From Gammaproteobacteria bacterium (GTDB taxonomy: Bacteria > Pseudomonadota > Gammaproteobacteria > Steroidobacterales > Steroidobacteraceae), in NCBI GenBank assembly GCA_034667905.1, contig JAXDQK010000023.1:13467-77466 (forward strand): 64,000 nucleotides of DNA, read 5' to 3'. Position numbers and translations under genes: made by a program. Shown in pieces: positions 20,592 through 32,173 of the stretch; position 1 is the first letter of the stretch; every line of letters begins with the position of its first letter. A model generated the notes under the pieces. It searched no databases. It saw only the letters and a program-made list of their open reading frames with translations, and was not told the DNA's origin.

Positions 20592-22076
20592 CTAGGGCCC
20601 CGGCGGTTCCACGTAGCTTGCGCTAAGGGTGCTGCGCCGGTAGCCGTAGAATTTGTAGACCACGAGCCCGAGGGCTGCCCAGCCGAAAAACACCAGGATA
20701 GTGACCAACGGCAGCAACGAAAACAAACTCAGACAACCGATGAGCGCCAAGGGGCCCACCACCCAAATACCTGGCGTGCGAAACGGCCTTTTTCTGTCCT
20801 TCGCCGTGCGCCGAAGGATCATGACGCCGAGCGCCACCGCAAAGAAGGCGGCCAATGTTCCACCGTTGGATAAATCCGCAAGCTTGCCGACCGGGAAAAA
20901 AGCGGCAGCACACATGACGACGCTTCCCGTGATCAGGGTCACGACATACGGCGTGTGGAAACGCGGGTGAACTTTTGTCAGCACGTCAGGCAGCAGCCGG
21001 TCGCGCGCCATGCTGAAGAACACGCGAGTTTGACCGAACATCATCATCAAAATGACCGAAGGCAGTGCCAGGAAGGCGGCCAAGCCGATGAGCCGCGATA
21101 CCTTGTCCCAGCCGATTTCCCGCAGCACATGCGCCAGCGGTTCATCGCTGCACACCAGCGAGGCCTGTTTAGCCTGGTCCATGCAAGCGTGCAGCATCTC
21201 GGGGGTGCCGGGCTCGATGCCCTGTCCGGCGGCGTCCATCACGGGTTGCGCGCCGATAGAACCAATGGCACCGGACGCCACCAAGAGGTAGAAAACCGTG
21301 CAAATGAGCAAGCTGCCGATGAGGCCGATAGGCATGTTGCGCTGAGGATTTTTCGTCTCTTCCGCGGCAGTTGAGACCGCATCGAACCCGACGTACGCAA
21401 AGAAAATCGAAGCGGCGGCTCCGCCGATTCCGAGCACGCCGAGGGGAGCGAAAGGCTGAAAGTTCGACATCTTGATGACCGGCAAGGCCAGGGCGCAAAA
21501 CAGGATGAGCGCGGCCACCTTGATGCAGACCAAAACAGCATTGACCGTCGCGCTCTCGCGGGTGCCGAGCGCCAGCAATGTCGTTACCAGCGCGGCAATG
21601 AACATCGCCGGAACGTTGATGAAGCCGCCGGCAAAGTAGCCCTTGGACAGGTACAGCGGTATATGAATGTTGAAGCTGTGCTGAATCAACGGCACGAAGT
21701 AGTTCGACCAGCCGACAGACACGGCGCTCGCGGCGATGGTGTATTCCAGAATCAGAGCCCATCCGACGATCCAGGCGATGAGTTCGCCAAGGACGGCGTA
21801 CGAGTAGGTGTACGCGGAGCCGGAAACCGGCACCATGGCGGCCAGTTCGGCGTAACAGAGCGCGGTGACCGCGCACACAAACCCCGCAACAATAAAGGAC
21901 GCCATCATTCCGGGCCCGGCCTTTTGTGCCGCCTCGGCGGTCAAGACGAAAATGCCGGTGCCGATAATGGCGCCGACGCCGAGCATCGTGAGCTGAAATG
22001 CGCCTAGCGAACGGGTGAGAGATCTCTTTTCGGCACTCGCCAAAATAGCGTCAAGGGGTTTGATGCGCCAGTTCAT
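20592..22076 (-). CDS. Amino acid permease (APC superfamily, cationic amino acid transporter-like)
   Basis: 494 aa, about 12-13 TM. N-terminal signature LGAFQLTMLGVGAIIGTGIFVLTAEAA is typical of the APC/CAT family. Confidence 0.88.
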   Translation of the reverse strand: MNWRIKPLDAILASAEKRSLTRSLGAFQLTMLGVGAIIGTGIFVLTAEAAQKAGPGMMASFIVAGFVCAVTALCYAELAAMVPVSGSAYTYSYAVLGELIAWIVGWALILEYTIAASAVSVGWSNYFVPLIQHSFNIHIPLYLSKGYFAGGFINVPAMFIAALVTTLLALGTRESATVNAVLVCIKVAALILFCALALPVIKMSNFQPFAPLGVLGIGGAAASIFFAYVGFDAVSTAAEETKNPQRNMPIGLIGSLLICTVFYLLVASGAIGSIGAQPVMDAAGQGIEPGTPEMLHACMDQAKQASLVCSDEPLAHVLREIGWDKVSRLIGLAAFLALPSVILMMMFGQTRVFFSMARDRLLPDVLTKVHPRFHTPYVVTLITGSVVMCAAAFFPVGKLADLSNGGTLAAFFAVALGVMILRRTAKDRKRPFRTPGIWVVGPLALIGCLSLFSLLPLVTILVFFGWAALGLVVYKFYGYRRSTLSASYVEPPGP

Positions 22077-22153
22077 CGGATCTCCCGTTTTTAAATGCTG
22101 CGCGGACTTTAGCGGCTTTCCTACCGCGCTAGCAAACTATTACTCCAAACTAA

Positions 22154-22864
22154 TTACTTAATGTGCCGCCGTAATCGGATGTTTATCAGTTCCACGACGG
22201 CGGAGAATGCCATCGCGAAATACAAATAGCCGTGCGGGATCTCGCGTTCCAACGATTCTGCGATCAGCTGGGCACCCACCAATACCAAGAACGCCAGCGC
22301 CAATACTTTGATGGTCGGGAACCGCTCGATGAACGCGCTGACCGCGCCGGACACCGCCATCATGATCAACACCGAAACCACGATGGCAGCGACCATCACC
22401 TCGATGTGCTGCGCCAGCCCGATGGCGGTAAATACCGTATCCAACGAGAACACTATATCGATCACGCCGATCTGAAGGATGATCATCCACAGCGAATTCA
22501 TCAGCCCTGGCTTGCGGCTCTCCACTTTTCCCCGCCACATGTCGCGGATCTCCATGATGCTGCTCACCACCAGAAAAGCGCCGCCGGCGAACAGAACCAG
22601 GTCGCGGCCGGACACGTCAGTCCCGAGCGCCCGAAACAGCGTAGCTCGCAGCGTCGCCAGCCATACAATGGAAAACAGCAGAGCAATGCGCGTGAGCATG
22701 GCGAATCCCAAGCCCAAGATCCGCGCGCGACGGCGCTGCGCTTCCGGCAAGCGATTGACGAGAATCGAGAGGAAAATGATGTTATCAATGCCGAGGACGA
22801 TCTCAAGCATTGCGAGTGTCAGGAAAGACAGCCACGTTTGCGGATCGTAGAGCAATTCCATCAA
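22154..22864 (-). CDS. TerC family integral membrane protein
   Basis: 236 aa polytopic. LEIVLGIDNIIFLSILV and IDIVFSLDTVFTAIGL (duplicated DN/D-x-V motif of TerC family). 41 nt downstream of secF. Confidence 0.86.
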   Translation of the reverse strand: MMELLYDPQTWLSFLTLAMLEIVLGIDNIIFLSILVNRLPEAQRRRARILGLGFAMLTRIALLFSIVWLATLRATLFRALGTDVSGRDLVLFAGGAFLVVSSIMEIRDMWRGKVESRKPGLMNSLWMIILQIGVIDIVFSLDTVFTAIGLAQHIEVMVAAIVVSVLIMMAVSGAVSAFIERFPTIKVLALAFLVLVGAQLIAESLEREIPHGYLYFAMAFSAVVELINIRLRRHIK

Positions 22865-22905
22865 ATTACTCCGGCTCGCACGCCGCTAACGGAAGGCCAT
22901 TAAAT

Positions 22906-23844
22906 TTAAGGCAATCCGTCGACTTCTTCCGGTTTAGTTGCCTTCCGCTCCAGCAAATCGTCGACACGCAATCCAAGATCGAGCGACAACGCCGCTGAGA
23001 TGTAGATCGAGGAATAGGTCCCGGCGAGGATGCCGATGACTAGCGCCGCCGAAAACCCCCGCAACGTCTCGCCGCCGAATAACAACAGCGCGACCACCAC
23101 CAGCAAGGTGACCAGTTTGGTCATCAAGGTTCGCGACAGGGTCTGGTTGATCGACTCGTCGATGACTTGCGCGATCGAAAGCTTGCGAGCCGAGCGCGCG
23201 CGCTCGCGGATACGGTCGAACACGATGACCGTGTCGTTCAACGAGTAACCGATGACTGCCAAGATCGCCGATATCGCGGTGAGATCGAAAGTCATTTGCG
23301 TCAGCGCGAAAAAACCCACGACGCAGATCGGATCATGCAGCACCGCGAAAATCGCGCCGAGAGCGAGTTTCGGCGTAAATCTAAATAAAACGTAGATCAA
23401 GATCAAGACCAGCGTGGCGAATAGCGCCCAACCGCCTTTGACGAACAATTCCTGACCCACCTGCGGCCCCACCACCTCCGTTCTCTGCAGCTTTACGCCG
23501 GGGTCGATCTTGGAAAAAATCTCCAGTACGCGCGCACCGATCTGATCGCCCTTGGCGTTCGGATCCGGCGGCAAGCGCACCAGGATATCGCGCGAACTGC
23601 CGAAAGCCTGCACTTGCGCCCCGACAACCCCGGCGCTCGCCAGGGCCCCGCGCAATGCTTCGATGTCCGGGGCCTGGGGAAAATTCGATTCCACAACCAC
23701 GCCGCCTGTGAAGTCCACCCCCAAATTCAATCCGCGGGTCAATACCAGTGCGAACGAGGCGAGAATCAAAAAAGCCGACAACCCGTACCACACCTTGCGG
23801 GTGCGCATGAACGGGAAGTGAGTTGCCTTGTGGAAAAATTCCAT
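22906..23844 (-). CDS. secF: Protein translocase subunit SecF
   Basis: ORF 22906..23994 trimmed to ATG 23844 (MEFFHKATHFPFMRTRKVWYG), which is the canonical SecF start. 312 aa. Follows secD by 10 nt. Confidence 0.94.
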   Translation of the reverse strand: MEFFHKATHFPFMRTRKVWYGLSAFLILASFALVLTRGLNLGVDFTGGVVVESNFPQAPDIEALRGALASAGVVGAQVQAFGSSRDILVRLPPDPNAKGDQIGARVLEIFSKIDPGVKLQRTEVVGPQVGQELFVKGGWALFATLVLILIYVLFRFTPKLALGAIFAVLHDPICVVGFFALTQMTFDLTAISAILAVIGYSLNDTVIVFDRIRERARSARKLSIAQVIDESINQTLSRTLMTKLVTLLVVVALLLFGGETLRGFSAALVIGILAGTYSSIYISAALSLDLGLRVDDLLERKATKPEEVDGLP

Positions 23845-23854
23845 GTCCGTTCCT

Positions 23855-25708
23855 CTAGATCGACAAGCGATCGAGCTTGCGCCTTCCGCCGTAAATGATC
23901 TGCACGATCGCGTGGCTGCCCATGACTGACGTGAACACCGAGGTGAAAATGCCGAGTACGAGCACCACGGCGAAGCCGCGAATTGCGCCGGCACCGAAGG
24001 ACCACAGGACGACGCCGGCGATCAACGCGGTGATATTCGAGTCCGTTATCGCCGATAAGGCCCGCTCGAACCCTGCGGCGATGGCCGCGCGCGGTGTAAC
24101 GCCGTTGCGCAGTTCTTCGCGGATGCGTTCATAGATCAAGATGTTCGCGTCCACGGCCATGCCCACTGTCAGAACGACGGCGGCAATTCCGGGCAATGTC
24201 AGACCGAATCCCAGCACCGACAGAAGCGCTGTAAGCAGCACGACATTGGCCGCCAGCGCGACATCGGCGATCAATCCGAACACCTTGTAGTAAATGGCCA
24301 TGAAAATGAAGGCGGCGAGCATGCCGAACACCATCGCCTTGATGCCCTTGTCGATATTGTCCTTGCCCAGACTCGGACCGATGGCGCGTTCTTCGACTGG
24401 GGTCAGAGGCGCAGCCAGGCCGCCGGCGCGCAGCAGCAGCGCCAATTCCCGGCCCTCTATGGGATTGACGCCGGTGATCGAAAAATTATTGCTGAACACG
24501 CCGCGTATCGTCGCGCGATTGATGACTTCTTCGGTGGTGCGGTCGACCTCCACGCCTTGCGCATTCTTATCCCGTGAGCGATCGATGAACACCACGGCCA
24601 TCAAATGGCCCAGATTTTCCTGGGTGTTCTTCAGCATCTTGGCGGCGCCGCGGCTGTCCAAGCCTACTGAAACCGCTGCCCCGTCCTGGCTGTTGGGCTG
24701 GAATGTCGCGTCGGTCAATTGATCGCCGGTCACCACAACCTCGCGCTTCAGCAGAACCGGTTGCTTCTCCCGTGTGTAGAACAGCTTCGAGCCCAACGGT
24801 ACCCGCCCGGTAGCCGCGGCCTCGAGCGGATTGTTGGTCTCATCGACCATCCGAAATTCCAAGGTCGCGGTCTTGCCAAGGATCTTTTTGACCTCGGCCG
24901 AGTTTTGCAGGCCTGGCAACTGGACGGATATGCGATCCACGCCCTCCCGCGCCACCTGCGGTTCTGAGACCGCCAGTTCCGGACTATTGAGGCGATTGCG
25001 TAGGATCACGATATTTTGCGAAACGGCGTAATCCTGACGTTCCTTGATTTCTTGCGGCGTCAGTTGCAGTTCCAACGCGGGAGAACCGGCCACTGCGGTC
25101 TCGGTCAAATTCAAATTGCGGCTGTCGGCGAGGATGGCCGCCCTTCCCTTGGCGAAACTATCGGCATCGCGAAACAGCACGCGCACGCGCTTGCTGTCGT
25201 AATCGACCACCACGTCCTGGTAGGCCACACGCGCATTACGCAATGCGGCGCGGAAATCTTGCTCGCGGCGGTCTAGAAGCTGCTTGACCGCGCCTTGTAC
25301 GTCCACTTGATAGACCAGGTACACGCCGCCGCGAAGGTCTAGACCCAACTTAACCGGATTCATGCCCAAGTTGTGCATCCAGGAGGGCACCCGCGAGGAC
25401 TGCGACAGCGCAATCGTGAACTGATTGGGGCGCGCCTCCGCGATCACATCGCGCGCCTTCAACTGATCCTGCGTACTGCTGAAGCGCAAGGTCAGGCGTC
25501 CCTGCTCCAAAAAAACGCCCGATGGGGTAACGGCCTTGTCCTTGAGAAGCTGAACGACGGCGGTGCGATCGGCATCCGTCACGGCTTGCCGGTCGGCCGC
25601 CAATTGCAAGGCGCTTTCCTCGCCAAATAAATTCGGCAGCGCCAGAAAGATCCCGGCAAGCAATACGATCGCGACCAACGCGATCTTCCAGCGCGGATAG
25701 GAAATCAT
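23855..25708 (-). CDS. secD: Protein translocase subunit SecD
   Basis: 617 aa. MISYPRWKIALVAIVLLAGIF N-terminus, large periplasmic domain, C-terminal 5-TM RND-like block. yajC-secD-secF order. Confidence 0.95.
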   Translation of the reverse strand: MISYPRWKIALVAIVLLAGIFLALPNLFGEESALQLAADRQAVTDADRTAVVQLLKDKAVTPSGVFLEQGRLTLRFSSTQDQLKARDVIAEARPNQFTIALSQSSRVPSWMHNLGMNPVKLGLDLRGGVYLVYQVDVQGAVKQLLDRREQDFRAALRNARVAYQDVVVDYDSKRVRVLFRDADSFAKGRAAILADSRNLNLTETAVAGSPALELQLTPQEIKERQDYAVSQNIVILRNRLNSPELAVSEPQVAREGVDRISVQLPGLQNSAEVKKILGKTATLEFRMVDETNNPLEAAATGRVPLGSKLFYTREKQPVLLKREVVVTGDQLTDATFQPNSQDGAAVSVGLDSRGAAKMLKNTQENLGHLMAVVFIDRSRDKNAQGVEVDRTTEEVINRATIRGVFSNNFSITGVNPIEGRELALLLRAGGLAAPLTPVEERAIGPSLGKDNIDKGIKAMVFGMLAAFIFMAIYYKVFGLIADVALAANVVLLTALLSVLGFGLTLPGIAAVVLTVGMAVDANILIYERIREELRNGVTPRAAIAAGFERALSAITDSNITALIAGVVLWSFGAGAIRGFAVVLVLGIFTSVFTSVMGSHAIVQIIYGGRRKLDRLSI

Positions 25709-26040
25709 GCGCTTTTGACCGTACCCTTCGGCAGCACCGTCGCAACCTGGAATTTCTGCAGCTTGATTTTGACGCCGTCTGCGATTTCGACCGTTAAGAA
25801 CTGATCGCCGACATCGATTACCTTGCCAATGATGCCGCCGGTGGTCGCGATTTCATCGCCCGCCGCGACCTTGGACAGCATTTCGCGCTGCTCTTTGGCG
25901 CGCTTGCTTTGCGGCCGGATGAGCAAAAAGTAAAACACCACCAGCAGAAGGGCCGGCATCAGCAACATGTTCAAGGTGCTCGAGCCGCCGGGAGCCGCAC
26001 CCGCGGCCTGCGCATTTGCCGAATTTATGAGGAAATCCAT
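25705..26040 (-). CDS. yajC: Preprotein translocase subunit YajC
   Basis: 111 aa. LLVVFYFLLIRPQSKRAKEQREMLSKVAAGDEIATTGGIIGKV is the YajC signature. Confidence 0.9.
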   Translation of the reverse strand: MDFLINSANAQAAGAAPGGSSTLNMLLMPALLLVVFYFLLIRPQSKRAKEQREMLSKVAAGDEIATTGGIIGKVIDVGDQFLTVEIADGVKIKLQKFQVATVLPKGTVKSA

Positions 26041-26112
26041 AGTGTTACACTCTTATTTTGCGGCGGACGCCGCTACACAAAGCCGCGTAGTATACAGCAG
26101 GCAGGCTCAAAC

Positions 26113-28322
<2,210 letters not shown>

Positions 28323-28376
28323 TGTCCCGGGCATTCTACCAAGAGCTTCAATCGCATATACTGCGAGGTCTGGCAT

Positions 28377-28463
28377 GCCCGAATGGCGGAACTGGTAGAC
28401 GCGCCGGACTCAAAATCCGGTGGTGGTGACACCGTGTGGGTTCGATTCCCTCTTCGGGCACCA
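28377..28463 (+). tRNA. tRNA-Leu (anticodon CAA)
   Basis: 87 nt: GCCCGAATGGCGGAACTGGTAGACGC...GGACTCAAAATCC...GGGTTCGATTCCCTCTTCGGGCACCA. Acceptor stem GCCCGAA/TTCGGGC, anticodon loop CT-CAA-AA, long variable arm, GTTCGATTCC T-loop, encoded CCA. Same position (divergent from queA) as in Pseudomonas. Confidence 0.93.
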
Positions 28464-28486
28464 GACTTTTTTTCAATGGATCACTC

Positions 28487-29029
28487 TTGAATTTCTGCAG
28501 CAATTGCGGCTCACCCGTCGAATCCAAGATCCCCGATGGGGATCATTTGCCGCGTTTCGTATGCACCAGCTGCAACACGGTGCATTACAAGAACCCGCTG
28601 CTGGTTTTGGGGTGCGTGCCTGAATGGCAATCCAAAATCTTGCTGTGCCGCCGGGCGATCGAGCCGCGTCGCGGGTTCTGGACCGTTCCGGCCGGATTTA
28701 TGGAGAACGGCGAAACCATGCAGGAGGCAGCGGCTCGCGAGTGCCACGAAGAAGCCCTGGCTGCGGTCGAGGTCGGCTCCCTGCTGGCGGTGGTCAATGT
28801 GACGCGCGCCAACCAGGTTCACGTGATGTTTCGAGCCAAGCTACTCGAGCCGACGTTCGCTCCGGGCCCGGAAAGTTTGGAGGTAGCCTTGTACGATGAG
28901 GCGGAAATTCCCTGGTCCGAACTCGCGTTCGCAAGCGGTGAATACGCATTGCGGCAATATTTCGCCGACCGCAGCGCCGGGCGGGAGGACTACCATTTCA
29001 CCGAGCTAAAAAGCCGGTCGACGATTTAG
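28487..29029 (+). CDS. NUDIX hydrolase with N-terminal zinc ribbon
   Basis: ORF 28436..29029 begins (GTG) inside the tRNA, so I moved the start to in-frame TTG 28487 just before NFCSNCGSPV...CTSCNTVHY (CxxC..CxxC). Nudix box GFMENGETMQEAAARECHEEALA. Start is uncertain. Confidence 0.78.
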   Translation: MNFCSNCGSPVESKIPDGDHLPRFVCTSCNTVHYKNPLLVLGCVPEWQSKILLCRRAIEPRRGFWTVPAGFMENGETMQEAAARECHEEALAAVEVGSLLAVVNVTRANQVHVMFRAKLLEPTFAPGPESLEVALYDEAEIPWSELAFASGEYALRQYFADRSAGREDYHFTELKSRSTI

Positions 29030-29102
29030 AGCTGCCACGGCCGTTTTTTAAAGGTGTGGCAGAATAGTAGCAACGATTAACTGCGTAAGAGAAGGCGAGA
29101 GT

Positions 29103-29426
29103 ATGGCGTTCGTCGTCACCGAAAGCTGCATCAAGTGTAAATATATGGACTGCGTCGAGGTTTGCCCCGTCGACTGTTTCCACGAAGGTCCGAATTTTCT
29201 CGTGATCGATCCCGATGAATGCATCGATTGCACGCTGTGCGAGCCGGAATGTCCGGTGGAAGCGATCTATTCCGAAGAAGAGATACCGACCGGCCAGGAA
29301 AACTTCAAACAATTGAACGCCGAACTGGCCAAAAAGTGGCCGGTAATCAGCGAGAAAAAAGCCGCGCCCGCGGACGCCAAGCAATGGGAAGGCGTGCAGG
29401 ACAAGGTCAAGCTTCTGGAGCGCTGA
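29103..29426 (+). CDS. fdxA: 7Fe ferredoxin (3Fe-4S + 4Fe-4S), FdxA type
   Basis: [26 protein letters not shown] ... [12 protein letters not shown]. 107 aa. Classic Azotobacter/Pseudomonas FdI pattern. Confidence 0.93.
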   Translation: MAFVVTESCIKCKYMDCVEVCPVDCFHEGPNFLVIDPDECIDCTLCEPECPVEAIYSEEEIPTGQENFKQLNAELAKKWPVISEKKAAPADAKQWEGVQDKVKLLER

Positions 29427-29429
29427 GAT

Positions 29430-30233
29430 TTAGCGCTTGGCGACCTGGAATTCCTTGAGCTGTTCGACCAACTCGCGCGGCTCCATGTAGCCGGAGATGT
29501 AGTCGCCGTTTTCCGTGACTATTGCCGGGGTGCCGCGGACGCCGATACTTTCCCCTAGCTCGTACTCGCGCTTTACCGGCGTCGGGGCGCAGATTTTGTT
29601 CATGTCGAGCGCGGCCCCGGCTTTCGCACGCGTCAGAGCTTCGTTGCGATTCGGGGAACACCAGACGACTTCGGCCTTCCTCCAGCTTTCCGTCCCCGGT
29701 CCGGTGCGCGGGAAAAACATATAGCGAACGCGAATGCCGAGGCGATTGAGTTCCGCCATTTGACTATGCAGCTTTCTGCAGTACGCGCAGTCGACGTCCG
29801 TAAAAACCGTAATCGTATATTTCGGATTGGGCGCAGAGAAGATGAGCATCTCCGATTCCGGTACGGCGTTGATCAATGCGACCCGCGCATGCGTGCGCAG
29901 CGCCTCGGTCAGATTGTCGCGGGATTTCATGTCGTACACATTGCCGTCGATGAAATACTTGCCGTCCGCGGTCAAGTAGCTGATTTCGGCTCCCTGCTGG
30001 AACTCATAGATGCCGGGAATCGGCGAGGGTTGCAAATCCTCGATTTTAGAGCCCGCCGGTAGCAGCTTTAGCAACGCGGCGCGCGGGTCGGCCGCGGCGG
30101 GTTGTTCGGCAGCCGCCGGTTGCGGGGCAGCCGCCGGTTGCGGGGCAGGCGCCGGTTGTGGAGCAGGCGCAGCATGAACGCTGAAATTGGCCGCACAGAG
30201 GATTAAGGTAAAAGCAGCGACGTTGCGCAACAC
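29430..30233 (-). CDS. dsbC: Thiol:disulfide interchange protein DsbC/DsbG family
   Basis: Signal peptide, thioredoxin fold with CAYC active site (VFTDVDCAYCRKLH) and GTPAIV cis-Pro loop region. Directly downstream of xerD as in E. coli and Pseudomonas. Confidence 0.85.
   Translation of the reverse strand: MLRNVAAFTLILCAANFSVHAAPAPQPAPAPQPAAAPQPAAAEQPAAADPRAALLKLLPAGSKIEDLQPSPIPGIYEFQQGAEISYLTADGKYFIDGNVYDMKSRDNLTEALRTHARVALINAVPESEMLIFSAPNPKYTITVFTDVDCAYCRKLHSQMAELNRLGIRVRYMFFPRTGPGTESWRKAEVVWCSPNRNEALTRAKAGAALDMNKICAPTPVKREYELGESIGVRGTPAIVTENGDYISGYMEPRELVEQLKEFQVAKR
30091..30170. repeat. 18-bp tandem repeat (about 4.4 copies) inside dsbC, encoding a PQPAAA-type hexapeptide repeat
   Basis: gcagccgccggttgcggg at 30109-30126 is repeated exactly at 30127-30144. 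Diverged copies lie at 30091-30108 and 30145-30162, with a partial copy to 30170. Translates (minus strand) to APAPQPAPAPQPAAAPQPAAAEQPAAA just after the signal peptide. Confidence 0.85.
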
Positions 30234-30326
30234 GCATCTCCATCGGGATTAATCTGTTTTTTCGACCTCCAAGCCTGCCGGAGGTTCACCCGATTCTAGC
30301 AGACTACCCCGCCAGTCCCGCGGATT

Positions 30327-31283
30327 TTAGCCGCGGGGATGGTGAGTGGAATGCAGGTCTTTCAAGCGCTCGCGAGCGACGTGCGTATAAATTTGAGTCG
30401 TCGACAAATCGCTATGGCCTAACAGCATCTGCACCACGCGCAGATCTGCGCCGTGATTCAAAAGATGCGTGGCGAAGGCATGGCGCAAGGTGTGAGGCGA
30501 GAGTTCCTTTTCCACCCCCGCCTTCTTGGAATAACGCTTGATGATGTGCCAGAACGCCTGGCGCGTCATGCGGTCGCCGCGACGCGTCGGAAATAGATAA
30601 TCGGTTTGGCGTTCCAGCAAAATTTCGGCACGTGGACCTTGCATGAATTGCTGCAGCCATTTGACCGCTTCTTCTCCGAGCGGAATCAAGCGTTCGCGAT
30701 TGCCCTTGCCGATCACGCGCATGACGCCCTGATTCAGGTTTACTTGATTGTGCTTCAAGCTCACGAGTTCCGAGACTCGCAAGCCCGTGGCATACAATAC
30801 TTCCAGCATGGTGCGATCGCGATGTCCCAAAGGTTCCGAAACGGTGGGGGCTTCCAGCAGGGAATCCACCTCGGCCTCGGACAGCGATTTCGGCAGCGAT
30901 CGGCCGATTTTCGGCATCGCGATTTGCGCCGTTGGATCCTGCGTGATCAATCCTTCGCGCATCATGAAACGAAAGAATCGCCGGAAGCTCGACAATTGAC
31001 GGGCGGTCGATCTGGGCCGTGAGCCGCCCTCGACGCGTGCGGCGATGAAACCAAGCAATTCGATGCGCGTGGCCTTGAGCAATGCGCTGTCGCGTTCTTC
31101 CAGCCATCGAGCGAGAGCGGTCAGATCGGCACGATACGCAGCCAAAGTATTCGCCGACAAGCCGCGCTCCATCCACACGGCATCGAGGAAGCGTTGTAAG
31201 GCGGGATCCGCCGCCTCGCGAACTGCAGGTACCGCTGCGCCCGAGGTGCGTGTATAAACCGTCCGTTTAAGAGCCGTCGCCAT
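30327..31283 (-). CDS. xerD: Site-specific tyrosine recombinase XerD (chromosome dimer resolution)
   Basis: LQRFLDAVWMERGLSANTLAAYRADL N-terminal SAM-like domain. Catalytic RHxxR...Y region HTLRHAFATHLLNHGADLRVVQMLLGHSDLSTTQIYTHV. Start set to ATG 31283 (GTG 31307 is possible). Confidence 0.9.
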   Translation of the reverse strand: MATALKRTVYTRTSGAAVPAVREAADPALQRFLDAVWMERGLSANTLAAYRADLTALARWLEERDSALLKATRIELLGFIAARVEGGSRPRSTARQLSSFRRFFRFMMREGLITQDPTAQIAMPKIGRSLPKSLSEAEVDSLLEAPTVSEPLGHRDRTMLEVLYATGLRVSELVSLKHNQVNLNQGVMRVIGKGNRERLIPLGEEAVKWLQQFMQGPRAEILLERQTDYLFPTRRGDRMTRQAFWHIIKRYSKKAGVEKELSPHTLRHAFATHLLNHGADLRVVQMLLGHSDLSTTQIYTHVARERLKDLHSTHHPRG

Positions 31284-31421
31284 AGTTTCCCGCGAATGGT
31301 TACGCACAAAATAGTGCTGTCCGCGCTATCGGTCCTCAGTATGCGAGGGGTGCAAAGGTGTCGGCGTGACCAGAATCACACATCGGTTAAGTATTAACAT
31401 AAGGAGAACCAGATCACAGAA

Positions 31422-32123
31422 GTGAAGCGTTCGCGCTCGGTCTCGAATTGGCCCTACCTCACGTATTGTGTCGTGTCTTTTACGGTCTTGGGATTGGCGG
31501 TTCTCGGCATTAATCTCTTTCTACCAAGCCTGCGCAGGCGCCGCGTCGTGGCCGGTACGGTCGCGCGTGTGTTCTTGCGCGTCTCGGGCATTCCTTTCAA
31601 GGTCGAGGGCTTGGACCGGCTGCCTAAAGTGCCTTGTGTCGTCGTCGCCAATCATGCCAGCTACATCGATGCCATTGCGATCGTCTCGGCCTTGCCCCCG
31701 GAATTCGCCTTTGTCATTAAAAAGGAAATGGTGCGCGTGCCCCTGGCGGGACTTTTATTGCGGCGTCTGGGTTCGCAGTTCGTCGAACGCTTCGACCGGC
31801 ATAAGGGAGCGACGGATGCGCGGCGCGTGCTCAAACTGGCAGCCACGGGCCAATCCCTGATGTTCTTTCCCGAAGGCACTTTCGATGAAACCCGCCAAGT
31901 CGGAAAATTTCTGAACGGCGCATTTACCACCGCCGCCCGTGCACAAATGCCCGTGGTGGCCGTTGCCATACACGGGACCCGCGAAGTGATGCCGCCCGGC
32001 GGCGTATCCATTCACCGGCGGCCCATTCGCGTGGAAATTCTCGCTGCTTTCTCGGCCGAGGAGGCCCGCTTAAGGAGCCGGGAGCTGATCGCCAAAGCAG
32101 TGGGCGAGCCCTTGGCGCCTTAG
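31422..32123 (+). CDS. 1-acyl-sn-glycerol-3-phosphate acyltransferase family (PlsC-like)
   Basis: GTG start preceded by AAGGAGAA. N-terminal TM. Acyltransferase motifs NHASYIDA (HX4D), FVIKKE, FPEGT, PVVAVAIHG. Confidence 0.85.
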   Translation: MKRSRSVSNWPYLTYCVVSFTVLGLAVLGINLFLPSLRRRRVVAGTVARVFLRVSGIPFKVEGLDRLPKVPCVVVANHASYIDAIAIVSALPPEFAFVIKKEMVRVPLAGLLLRRLGSQFVERFDRHKGATDARRVLKLAATGQSLMFFPEGTFDETRQVGKFLNGAFTTAARAQMPVVAVAIHGTREVMPPGGVSIHRRPIRVEILAAFSAEEARLRSRELIAKAVGEPLAP

Positions 32124-32173
32124 CTGCTTCACAGCGGTTATAATGTCTCGCTAGAAACCCACGGAATGCACCT

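Noticed and set aside
22865-22905. Checked for a yybP-ykoY (Mn) riboswitch upstream of the TerC-family gene
   Set aside because: Only 41 nt separate secF and the TerC gene, which is far too short for that element, and no conserved motif is present.
26055-26075. GCGGCG-GA-CGCCGC palindrome between tgt and yajC, considered as an attenuator or terminator
   Set aside because: The loop is too short for the full stem, no U-tract follows on the transcribed (minus) strand, and tgt-yajC-secDF is normally co-transcribed.
28377-31307. Possible genomic island: a tRNA-Leu gene followed 2 kb later by a tyrosine recombinase
   Set aside because: The recombinase has the XerD N-terminal and catalytic signatures and sits in the housekeeping xerD-dsbC arrangement. 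The intervening genes (NUDIX, fdxA, dsbC) are core-like. I saw no direct repeat of the tRNA 3' end, no phage or IS genes and no compositional break.
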